Origin: an uncultured Gammaproteobacteria bacterium
Lineage (GTDB): Bacteria > Patescibacteriota > Microgenomatia > UBA8517
Reading direction: 5' to 3'
DNA: 55,165 nt
Assembly: GCA_964395115.1 (NCBI GenBank)
Contig: CAYMZX010000013.1
Location: 1-55,165 of the forward strand
The translations under genes were made by a program, and so were the position numbers. Shown here in pieces: positions 1 to 6,969 of the stretch. The notes under the pieces were generated by a model. That model saw only the letters and a program-made list of their open reading frames with translations, searched no databases and had not been told where the DNA came from. Position 1 is the first letter of the stretch. Every line of letters begins with the position of its first letter.

Positions 1-320
1 CCGTAGGTGTATGGGCCGTGTCTCAGTCCCATTCTGGGGGGTCACGCTCTCACGTCCCCTACCCGTCGTAGCCTTGGTAGGCCGTTACCCTACCAACTAG
101 CTGATGGGAGATAGGCTCATCCATCGGCGGGCAGTTAAGCCCTTTTCTCTTGCGAGGTCATCCGGTATTAACTACTCTTTCGAGTAGGTATTCCGAACCA
201 TTGGGTAGATTCCTATCTATTACTCAGCCGTTCGCGACTGACCTCTTGCGAGGCCCGTTCCACTTGCATGCCTAAGGCACGCCGCCAGCGTTCATCCTGG
301 ACCAGGATCAAATCCTCAAA
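1..320 (-). rRNA. rrs: 16S rRNA gene, 5' ~320 nt (continues beyond window start)
   Basis: The reverse complement reads GAGGATTTGATCCTGGTCCAGGATGAACGCTGGCGGCGTGCCTTAGGCATGCAAGT and runs to GGGACTGAGACACGGCCCATACACCTACGG. This is the SSU rRNA 5' domain up to the ~340-357 region. Confidence 0.95.
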
Positions 321-438
321 AAGTGACGTTTCTTGCCTATGACGATACGGCAAGCTCGTCTTGTTTCGCTTCCAGTCACATCTTGATTGTCAACGTGCTT
401 TAGCGCGCATTTCCATAGAAAGGAAATGTTGTGCCCCT

Positions 439-469
439 AAAAATGAAAAAAGCCGCCAGATGGCGGCTG
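439..469 (-). terminator. Intrinsic terminator ~120 nt upstream of the 16S 5' end
   Basis: The minus strand reads GCCGCC-ATCT-GGCGGC followed by TTTTTTCATTTTT. Confidence 0.6.
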
Positions 470-985
470 CCAAAAATGGGCCTTCCGGCATCTGGTCACC
501 CTTTTTTCATCTGTGGATATAAAATAGCAGAAAAAGGGGGATTAGTCAATAGGCCTATTTTGCCCCAAGTTCAGCCGAATTATTACAAATTCGCTAAAAT
601 CTTCGCCGCATTCCAAGCTAGCACACCCCATATTATGACATTGGAATCTGAGGTGCCTTGCGCGTCGGATATTCCCAACGACTACCTATCTTGGCCGCCA
701 ATGCGTATGAACCGATTAGTACTGCGGTGATTCCCGTTTTCGCAATAATCAGATTCTCCGAACTTCCCTGTTCTATATGGAAACCTGCTACTAAGTTTGC
801 TTCCCGTGATTCCTCATACTTTATTAAATAATAGGACAGGGCGGAGTCGGCAGACATTGTTGCAAAAAAAAGAAGTAATTAAAGCTTTCGCTTTCATTGG
901 GGAATTTTACTATTCGTTTCCCTTAAATTCCAAATCGGCTTCTATCCCAAAGTCTTTCTCTTTATGTAGGAATTGTAAGGATTTA

Positions 986-1014
986 TTGACAAATAAACTG
1001 ACAGTGTTTATAAT
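986..1014 (+). promoter_or_regulatory. Consensus sigma70-type promoter for the DUF5320/DUF134 pair
   Basis: TTGACA (986-991), 17 nt spacer, TATAAT (1009-1014). It lies 37 nt upstream of the ATG at 1052. Confidence 0.6.
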
Positions 1015-1051
1015 GAATAAGTATTCAATTCCAGAGGGGGTGAAGATAAAT

Positions 1052-1297
1052 ATGCCAAGATTTGATGGAACAGGTCCCTGGGGAATGGGTCCCGGCACAG
1101 GCTGGGGGCTAGGTCCTTGCGGATTTAGAATGGGATGGAGACATCGCGGAGTCGGACGAGGCCTAGCCAGATACTTTGGCTGGCGCGTTCCTCAGACTAA
1201 AGAGGAAAAGGCGAAAGCTCTTGCCGACTACAGGAAGGCTCTTGAAGAAGAGCTCGAAGATGTTAAAAAAGAGGAGGCAGAGGTGGAAAAAGAATAA
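1052..1297 (+). CDS. DUF5320-family small protein (Gly/Trp-rich N-terminus, acidic coiled-coil C-terminus)
   Basis: MPRFDGTGPWGMGPGTGWGLGPCG... followed by KALEEELEDVKKEEAEVEKE matches the DUF5320 pattern. SD GAGGGGGTGA lies 8 nt upstream of the ATG. The longer 797-start ORF in the track is an unsupported N-terminal extension. Confidence 0.75.
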   Translation: MPRFDGTGPWGMGPGTGWGLGPCGFRMGWRHRGVGRGLARYFGWRVPQTKEEKAKALADYRKALEEELEDVKKEEAEVEKE

Positions 1298-1302
1298 TAA
1301 TT

Positions 1303-1587
1303 GTGCCAAAGCATAAAATACCACGTTGTATATCTTTTAGCCCTGAGGTTACGTACTATAAACCCCAGGGTGTTCCTCTTTGTTTATTGGAAGAGGTTAT
1401 TCTTATGCCAGATGAGGTTGAGGCTCTGAAACTATACGAGGTGGATGGCTTAGAACAAACCGAGGCGGCTAAAAAAATGAAAATTTCACAGCCTACTTTT
1501 GCCAGAATTCTGAGTAGTGCTACTAAAAAAATCTCAGAGGCTTTAATTAAAGGCAAGGCCATTAGAATAAAAAATAAAATAACTTAA
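1303..1587 (+). CDS. DUF134 / UPF0251-family predicted DNA-binding protein (sigma-70 region-4-like HTH)
   Basis: MPKHKIPRCISFSPEVTYYKPQGVPL...LMPDEVEALKLYEVDGLEQTEAAKKMKISQPTFARIL matches the DUF134 signature. GTG start. Confidence 0.8.
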   Translation: MPKHKIPRCISFSPEVTYYKPQGVPLCLLEEVILMPDEVEALKLYEVDGLEQTEAAKKMKISQPTFARILSSATKKISEALIKGKAIRIKNKIT

Positions 1588-1650
1588 AATCCCCTTGAAA
1601 TAGTGATTTTACTAATAGAAAGAGCCGAGTCATTAGTGGCGTGTAGCTTG

Positions 1651-1721
1651 CTGCGGGGCAGGGATTCGAACCCCGATTCGACGCTCCAAAGGCGCCTGTC
1701 CTACCGTTAGACGACCCCGCA
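1651..1721 (-). tRNA. tRNA-Gln (anticodon UUG)
   Basis: Cloverleaf on the minus strand: acceptor TGCGGGG/CCCCGCA (U1-A72, as in bacterial tRNA-Gln), anticodon arm GGCGC-CTTTGGA-GCGTC, T-arm GGGGTTCGAATCCCT. No encoded CCA. Confidence 0.9.
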
Positions 1722-1807
1722 GTAAATCTCATGAGTCAGAAGGTTCATGTGCACAACACTTTCTTAACTCGCCACTATTGGATACCTATGGCTCACGAGT
1801 CTTCGAG

Positions 1808-1879
1808 TGAGCCCAGAGGGATTCGAACCCCCAACCACGTGCTTAAAAGGCACTTGCTCTACCATTGAGCTATGGGCCC
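1808..1879 (-). tRNA. tRNA-Lys (anticodon UUU)
   Basis: Minus strand GGGCCCATAGCTCAATGGTAGAGC...AGTGC-CTTTTAA-GCACG...GGGGTTCGAATCCCTCTGGGCTCA. Confidence 0.9.
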
Positions 1880-1959
1880 AAGCTTCGCTTGGGCCCTCAA
1901 GGTTCCCGCCGTAGGCGGGTTTCTTATGGGCCTCAAGCGCGATGCGCTTGTGCTTTTTG

Positions 1960-2031
1960 TGACCCCGACGGGATTCGAACCCATGTTCCAGCCTTGAAAG
2001 GGCCGTGTCCTAACCGTTAGACGACGGGGCC
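1960..2031 (-). tRNA. tRNA-Glu (anticodon UUC)
   Basis: Minus strand GGCCCCGTCGTCTAACGGTTAGGAC...CGGCC-CTTTCAA-GGCTG...GGGTTCGAATCCCGTCGGGGTCA. Confidence 0.9.
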
Positions 2032-2047
2032 GTATAAAAGCGTCTCG

Positions 2048-2077
2048 ATTATATCAAAATGGGCTCTGAGGATTCAA
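2048..2077 (-). promoter_or_regulatory. Promoter for the tRNA-Glu/Lys/Gln cluster
   Basis: Minus strand TTGAAT (2077-2072), 18 nt spacer, TGaTATAAT (extended -10; TATAAT at 2053-2048). It ends ~16 nt upstream of the tRNA-Glu 5' end. Confidence 0.55.
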
Positions 2078-2079
2078 TC

Positions 2080-2829
2080 TTAACTTTTGAGGGCTTCTTC
2101 AATTGTCTGCTTCAACATTTCAAAAGGTACCGCGCCGGGAATTACCCAAACTTCTCCTTTTTTATTAATAATAAAAACCCCGGGCGTGCCAGTAACTCCC
2201 GCCGCTAACCCGCTCTGATAATGCTCCTCTACTTTATCTTTGTATTTCCCGCTGTCAAGGCAGTTCTTAAACTTGGTCGAGTTTAATCCGACATCTTTTG
2301 CATATGTAGGAAGCTTGGTCAAATCAAGCGTGTTGTTCCCGGCGGTTACTTCAAAAATCTTATCTATAAATTTCCAAAAACCCTCTTCTCCTCCAAGTTC
2401 AAAAGCGCATTCGGCCGCTTCCGCCTCTTTATCGGCTTTAGGATGAATGCTGTCCAATGGAAAGTGCCTGTAAATCCAGGCAACCTTCCCCTTATATTCT
2501 TCGACCGCTTGTTTGGCGGTAAAGTGGAACTGCTTGCAGGCTGGACACTCCAAATCCGAGTATTCAACAAGGAAGACTTCGGCATCGAGAGATCCTAGAA
2601 TGTGATCTTTATCGCTTGGCTTTTCGACTTTTTGGGCCGCTTCTTCAGAAAGTTTGCCGACGGTATCATTTGGAATAGTATCATTTGAGGGTGCTTGCTG
2701 AGAATTGGCTACTTTTTCCTTTTCTAAGAGAGAAACTTTTTGCCATAAAGCACCTACCAGAAAGGCCAGGGCGACAGTCAAAACAAGCAGGATGGGAATA
2801 AATTTCTCGAGAAGATTTCTCTTCGCCAT
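2080..2829 (-). CDS. Membrane-anchored DsbA-family thiol:disulfide oxidoreductase
   Basis: N-terminal TM helix (IPILLVLTVALAFLVGALW). Thioredoxin fold with CPAC active site (YSDLECPACKQFH) and a C-terminal GTPGVFI cis-Pro loop, as in DsbA/BdbD. Confidence 0.8.
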   Translation of the reverse strand: MAKRNLLEKFIPILLVLTVALAFLVGALWQKVSLLEKEKVANSQQAPSNDTIPNDTVGKLSEEAAQKVEKPSDKDHILGSLDAEVFLVEYSDLECPACKQFHFTAKQAVEEYKGKVAWIYRHFPLDSIHPKADKEAEAAECAFELGGEEGFWKFIDKIFEVTAGNNTLDLTKLPTYAKDVGLNSTKFKNCLDSGKYKDKVEEHYQSGLAAGVTGTPGVFIINKKGEVWVIPGAVPFEMLKQTIEEALKS

Positions 2830-2861
2830 GGCATTTATTCTTCCCTAAAAAAACATCTTTG

Positions 2862-3830
2862 TCAACCAGCTCTATTTGAAAAGTCCTGGCAAAACTTTAC
2901 CGCTTCTATTCCCGCCATGCACCCGAAACCGGCAGCCGTTATTGCCTGTTTATATACATAGTCATGAACATCGCCGGCAACAAACACTCCGGAAACGGAA
3001 GTTTTAGTATGGTCAAAAACTTTGACATATCCTCTTTCGTCAAGTTCGATTTTCCCCTTAAAAATACTTGTCGAGGGAGAATGGCCAATAGCAATAAATA
3101 GTCCATCAACAGTAAGCTCTTTAGTTGTCTGATCCTTGTTGTTAATTAAAATCACCTTTTCTAATTTCTGAGTTCCTTTAACTTCTTTTACCTCAGTGTT
3201 CCATAAAACCTTAATTTTCGGCTCTGATAACACTTTCTTCTGCATAATGGCCGATGCTCGAAAGGCATCGCGCCGATGAACAATTACGATTTCTTTAGCG
3301 TATTTTGCCAAGGTGAGCGCTTCTTCCATAGCCGAGTCTCCCCCTCCAACTACCATCACTTTTTTATCTTTAAAAAATGGGGCGTCGCAGGGGGCACAAG
3401 AAGAAACTCCTCGGCCTATAAATTCTTTCACCCCTGGAGCATCCAGCCAGTTTGTCTCAGCACCACTGGCTATAATAAGAGATTTGGCAAAATATTTCTT
3501 TCCATCAGCGGATATTTCGAAGGGTCGCAAAGAAAGGTCTATAGTTTCTGCGTTTTTCTCGATAAACTCTGCCCCAAAAGATTGAGCGTGCTCTCTCATT
3601 TTCTTCATCAGTTCTGGTCCTTGAATGCCAGAAAGTCCTGGAAAGTTATCAACGGCAGTTGTCAACATAAGTTGGCCTCCCCATTTTTCCCCTCCGATAA
3701 TTAACGTGGAAGCAGCTCCTCTCGTAGTGTAAATGGCCGCAGTTAATCCCGCCGGACCTGAACCAATAATAATTACATCCCATGGCCCGCTGGGATCTGC
3801 CGGTTTGGGCGCGAAAATTTGCTTTTCCAC
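2862..3830 (-). CDS. trxB: Thioredoxin-disulfide reductase
   Basis: FAD motif IIIGSGPAGLTAAIY, redox-active CAPCD, NADPH motif VVGGGDSAMEEA, C-terminal GVFVAGD. GTG start preceded by SD GAGGGG. Confidence 0.92.
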   Translation of the reverse strand: MEKQIFAPKPADPSGPWDVIIIGSGPAGLTAAIYTTRGAASTLIIGGEKWGGQLMLTTAVDNFPGLSGIQGPELMKKMREHAQSFGAEFIEKNAETIDLSLRPFEISADGKKYFAKSLIIASGAETNWLDAPGVKEFIGRGVSSCAPCDAPFFKDKKVMVVGGGDSAMEEALTLAKYAKEIVIVHRRDAFRASAIMQKKVLSEPKIKVLWNTEVKEVKGTQKLEKVILINNKDQTTKELTVDGLFIAIGHSPSTSIFKGKIELDERGYVKVFDHTKTSVSGVFVAGDVHDYVYKQAITAAGFGCMAGIEAVKFCQDFSNRAG

Positions 3831-3840
3831 GATACCCCTC

Positions 3841-4164
3841 TTAAAATGCGGCTGGGGGCGGGGTGACGCCCCCTCCCGGAACTCCCCCTCCCGACGTCCC
3901 CTCTCCCGGTGATTGTTTTTCTTCTTCCGTAGGCTCGGTTACTGGAACAGTCGGGGTAGGCGTTGGCTCCGGTGCTTCTCCTGGAGCTTCCGTTGGCATT
4001 TCTGAAGGAGACCGTACTGGTTCGGGCGAAGGCTGGGCGGGAGTAGGAGTAGTCGGCTCAACCGGAGCAGCCGGCGGTGTCGGGCTGGGAGTGAATCCTC
4101 CTCCCGACGGGGTACTGACTGGCTGTTGGTCTTGTTGTTGATCTTGCGGATCCAAAATAATCAC
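3841..4164 (-). CDS. Proline/Thr/Glu-rich low-complexity protein of unknown function, between trxA and trxB
   Basis: Open frame with SD GGGGGTGA immediately after the trxA stop. The likely start is TTG at 4155 (5 nt after the SD) rather than GTG at 4164. Its stop is directly followed by the trxB SD. The stretch is visibly more GC-rich than its neighbours, and the antisense frame is also open, as expected for low-complexity GC-rich sequence. Confidence 0.5.
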   Translation of the reverse strand: MIILDPQDQQQDQQPVSTPSGGGFTPSPTPPAAPVEPTTPTPAQPSPEPVRSPSEMPTEAPGEAPEPTPTPTVPVTEPTEEEKQSPGEGTSGGGVPGGGVTPPPAAF

Positions 4165-4170
4165 CCCCTT

Positions 4171-4491
4171 TTAAATAGCTTTTTTTATCAAGTCTTCAAA
4201 AAAGTTCTTACCGGCAAAACCTACTTGACGCCCTATTTCTTTTCCCTGATTGAAAAGGACGGTCGTAGGAATAGACATTACCTGGTATTTCCCGGTAGTC
4301 AGCGGATTTTCATCAACATTTAATTTAGCAATTTCGACTTTTCCTTTGTACGTCTCGGAAAGTTCCTCTAGAACCGGCTCGGCCAATTTGCAAGGACCGC
4401 ACCACGAAGCCCAAAAATCAACCAGTACAGGCAGACTAGATTTTATGACTTTGTTTTCAAAATCCTTATCGGTTACCGGCCAAGTCGCCAT
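4171..4491 (-). CDS. trxA: Thioredoxin
   Basis: WASWCGPCK active site; typical ~106-aa thioredoxin starting MATWPVTDKDFENKV. The TTG at 4530 in the track coincides with a -35 box, so ATG 4491 is preferred. Confidence 0.9.
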   Translation of the reverse strand: MATWPVTDKDFENKVIKSSLPVLVDFWASWCGPCKLAEPVLEELSETYKGKVEIAKLNVDENPLTTGKYQVMSIPTTVLFNQGKEIGRQVGFAGKNFFEDLIKKAI

Positions 4492-4500
4492 AATCGTTTC

Positions 4501-4530
4501 AATATAGCCTCTGGGGTAGGAGTAAGTCAA
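4501..4530 (-). promoter_or_regulatory. Promoter of the trxA operon (near-leaderless)
   Basis: Minus strand TTGACT (4530-4525), 18 nt spacer, TATATT (4506-4501). Only 9 nt separate the -10 box from ATG 4491, and there is no SD. Confidence 0.5.
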
Positions 4531-4611
4531 CTGCTAATTTTCACAGTCGATATCTAGAAACCCGTGGGAATATAGGCAATTCTTCCTACAACGCGGTTCT
4601 GAATTCGAGGG

Positions 4612-4640
4612 TTGATTTTAGTTTTTTCCAAATCTATGAT
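4612..4640 (+). promoter_or_regulatory. Promoter of the divergent CxxC operon (leaderless geometry)
   Basis: TTGATT (4612-4617), 17 nt spacer, TATGAT (4635-4640), then 6 nt to ATG 4647. No SD is possible. Confidence 0.5.
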
Positions 4641-4646
4641 TTATTC

Positions 4647-5015
4647 ATGAGAAAATTTATTGTCATCATTATCCTGACGACCCTTCTAATAATCGGGGTT
4701 GGAATTTTCTATTCAACAAAGAGTTCTAAAAAATCTCTAGGTTTATCTTCGGGATACGAGTATTACTGGAGCACCACCTGCCCGCACTGTGCTAGGGTTC
4801 AGGAATTCATGGATTCCTGGGAGGGTACGGCTAAAATCTCTCTTGAGAAAAAGGAAGTCGACTCCCCAATCAATTCAAACCTTTTAGTGAGGCGGGCTAG
4901 CGCCTGCAATATTTCCGTGAGTGATATCGGCGTGCCCTTTCTTTTTACGCCCGAGGGGAAATGCATCATTGGCGACGAACCGATTATTGAATATCTTAAA
5001 AACTTAAATTTATGA
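4647..5015 (+). CDS. Membrane-anchored thioredoxin/glutaredoxin-fold protein, CPHC active site
   Basis: N-terminal TM helix (FIVIIILTTLLIIGVGIF), then YYWSTTCPHCARVQEF and a later GVPFLF cis-Pro-like loop. Confidence 0.65.
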   Translation: MRKFIVIIILTTLLIIGVGIFYSTKSSKKSLGLSSGYEYYWSTTCPHCARVQEFMDSWEGTAKISLEKKEVDSPINSNLLVRRASACNISVSDIGVPFLFTPEGKCIIGDEPIIEYLKNLNL

Positions 5016-5566
5016 ACTTAAAAACGAAATCATCCTCGATTCTTTTATTGCTTTTTTCGCTTTTCACTATCCACTATTCACTATTCACCCGTGAAGCGTT
5101 CGCCGTTTGTCCTCTTTGTACCATCGCGGTTGGGACAGGTTTAGGACTCTCGAGGTGGTTTGGAATCGACGATTCGGTTTCCGGAATTTGGGTGGGGGGG
5201 CTTATTATTTCTCTTTCTTTCTGGCTTGCCGATTGGTTATCTAAAAAAAATCTAAAAATTCTAAAAAAATTGGGTCATCGAACTCTGGTTATCGTCTCAA
5301 CCGTTTTTTGGTCTCTCCTGACTTTTCTGCCTCTTTGGAAAACCGGCATTATCGGCCATCCCTTTAACACAATTCTCGGTATTGATAAGCTTTTGTTTGG
5401 AAGCATTCTGGGGGCAGGCGCCTTCTTGATAGGAACTTTTGTAGATAAAGAGGTCAGACAAATCAAAAAGGGGCAACTTTTCTCTTTTCAGAAAATTGTT
5501 TTTCCGCTCGTTTCACTTGTTTTTTCCAGCTTGGTTGTCTACTTTTACGGAGGACGCCTTTTATGA
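5012..5566 (+). CDS. Polytopic membrane protein with a single CPLC motif after a signal-like segment; unknown family
   Basis: Signal-like N-terminus ending AFA, then VCPLCTIAVGTGLG entering a TM helix. I count about 5 hydrophobic segments. ATGA start/stop overlap with the upstream gene. Confidence 0.55.
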   Translation: MNLKTKSSSILLLLFSLFTIHYSLFTREAFAVCPLCTIAVGTGLGLSRWFGIDDSVSGIWVGGLIISLSFWLADWLSKKNLKILKKLGHRTLVIVSTVFWSLLTFLPLWKTGIIGHPFNTILGIDKLLFGSILGAGAFLIGTFVDKEVRQIKKGQLFSFQKIVFPLVSLVFSSLVVYFYGGRLL

Positions 5567-6102
5567 CAAAAATTAACGACTATAAATCTTTACTTCAGAG
5601 AGTTGAAAGTGCAATCGCCCAAAAGGATCTTGATCTTTCGGCAGGGGAAGATCTTTCTATTGGAATAATGAATTTAATCTCCATTGAGGAACACCTTTTT
5701 TACACCGCCCAAAAGACAAAAAACACCAAATATCTTGACCTTTTAAATGAGGTAAGGGCAATGAGAATCGATCTTCTTAAAGATATCATTAAAGATTATG
5801 AGGGAGAGATCTGGTGTATCAGCAAACACCTTCTGGCCGCCTCAATGAGACTTATGGAAGTGGGAACCAAAGAACTTAAGAAAGGCGGCAAAGAAAAAGC
5901 GCGGTCCCTTTTTGAAAAGTCATATAAACTTTATTCATTGTTTTGGGGAATGAATCTAGGGGTTAACACAAAAGACAACCTTGAAAGGAAGGATAGTAAT
6001 GTTAATTTTATCGACGAAGAAGGAAGGAAAAAGGGGTCTGTTTCTGTCTTTGCTAAATTAAGGTCTTTAATTCAAAAAGCCGTTGACTGCTGCAAAGAAT
6101 AA
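5563..6102 (+). CDS. Hypothetical helical protein ending in a vicinal Cys pair (..VDCCKE)
   Basis: Long ORF with an ATGA overlap to the upstream membrane protein. No TM segment and no family recognised. Confidence 0.5.
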   Translation: MTKINDYKSLLQRVESAIAQKDLDLSAGEDLSIGIMNLISIEEHLFYTAQKTKNTKYLDLLNEVRAMRIDLLKDIIKDYEGEIWCISKHLLAASMRLMEVGTKELKKGGKEKARSLFEKSYKLYSLFWGMNLGVNTKDNLERKDSNVNFIDEEGRKKGSVSVFAKLRSLIQKAVDCCKE

Positions 6103-6123
6103 ATCCTTAGACCGCTAAAAAAA

Positions 6124-6663
6124 TTAAAGTAAGACTACGAAAAACAAAAAAATAATTAAACACATCCACCAATAGTATTTTTGTCCTCGTTCCTTTATCT
6201 CTAATGGAAAATTTCTTAACCAATTTGCTAGAGAGCCCATCTCGGTAAGATCAACCGCCTCGTCTACCAGAAGGTGCAAACAAAAAGCCAAGACTACCCC
6301 TTTCCCCATCACGCTGTTGGAAGAGGTTAAAACAAAAAATGTCAAAATCAGAAAGAGAAGTTGAAAAATGACAGTATGAAAGATAAGCCGGGTCCGGTCG
6401 GACCGGGTTTCGGCCAAGAGATTCATCGAGCCTAAAAAATCCCTTTTGCAAATCATGTAGCTCACCCTTTGCGAAGTAAGCTCTTGTGGTCGAAGGAAAA
6501 AAATGTATATAAGATGGTCGAGATCGGGCAAAATCGTTCCGATAACCCCGCTTAACCAAAAAGGCCAGTAAGAAAGATTAAGCCAGCCTTTTAAAAGAGA
6601 GGCCAAAATTAAAAAAGAAAAAAGAAAGCTTAAGTGAATGAAAATTTCTCTCTTCATCGGCAA
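6124..6663 (-). CDS. Integral membrane protein, possibly YdjM/DUF457-like metal-dependent hydrolase
   Basis: Multiple TM segments. LPDLDHLIY, HTV and HLLVDE motifs resemble DUF457. Confidence 0.4.
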   Translation of the reverse strand: MPMKREIFIHLSFLFSFLILASLLKGWLNLSYWPFWLSGVIGTILPDLDHLIYIFFLRPQELTSQRVSYMICKRDFLGSMNLLAETRSDRTRLIFHTVIFQLLFLILTFFVLTSSNSVMGKGVVLAFCLHLLVDEAVDLTEMGSLANWLRNFPLEIKERGQKYYWWMCLIIFLFFVVLL

Positions 6664-6684
6664 GATACTTAGATCTTATCCTAC

Positions 6685-6969
6685 CTAATTCTTTATCGCA
6701 AACCCAGAAAATTCGCCGGTTGCCTCTTCCTTAATAACATCGATGTGGGAGACAAAGGCAAGCGGCGGTCCCTTTTTGCAAGCCGCTATCATCTTCTCTA
6801 TTTTCCCTTTTTCTCCCTCAAAAATCGCTTCGACTCTCCCGTCTTCCAAATTTCTTACCCAGCCGACTATCCCAAACCTCTGGGCTAGTTTCTTGGTCCA
6901 GTGTCGGTAAAAAACTCCTTGAACTCTGCCTTGTATATAGACATGGACTCGGGTGAGAGAAAATTTCAT
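6685..6969 (-). CDS. acyP: Acylphosphatase
   Basis: VHVYIQGRVQGVFYRHWT...GWVRNLEDGRVEAIFEG signature. The ATG at 6969 forms an ATGA overlap with the upstream gene. Confidence 0.88.
   Translation of the reverse strand: MKFSLTRVHVYIQGRVQGVFYRHWTKKLAQRFGIVGWVRNLEDGRVEAIFEGEKGKIEKMIAACKKGPPLAFVSHIDVIKEEATGEFSGFAIKN

Noticed and set aside
388-393. A TTGACA hexamer (minus strand) ~70 nt upstream of the 16S 5' end, considered as the rRNA promoter.
   Set aside because: No acceptable -10 hexamer lies at 16-18 nt spacing (AGCGAA, AAGCGA, GCGAAA). I left it unannotated.
431-730. A 99-aa plus-strand ORF upstream of the 16S gene.
   Set aside because: It spans the terminator hairpin and overlaps the opposite-strand ORF. 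It has no SD and no recognisable motifs, so it is most likely a chance ORF in non-coding sequence.
633-857. A 74-aa minus-strand ORF containing ...GSYALAAKIG..., reminiscent of the SsrA tag ending YALAA. This raised the possibility of a tmRNA gene.
   Set aside because: No tRNA-like 5' (GGGG...UUCGAC) or 3' (T-arm plus CCA) ends are present, and the YALAA codons are followed by Lys rather than a stop. I treat it as coincidence. The ORF also lacks an SD, so it is not listed as a feature.
797-1051. The long N-terminal extension of the DUF5320 ORF (track start 797).
   Set aside because: The extension covers the consensus promoter at 986-1014. The family N-terminus MPRFDGTGP begins at the ATG at 1052, which has a strong SD.
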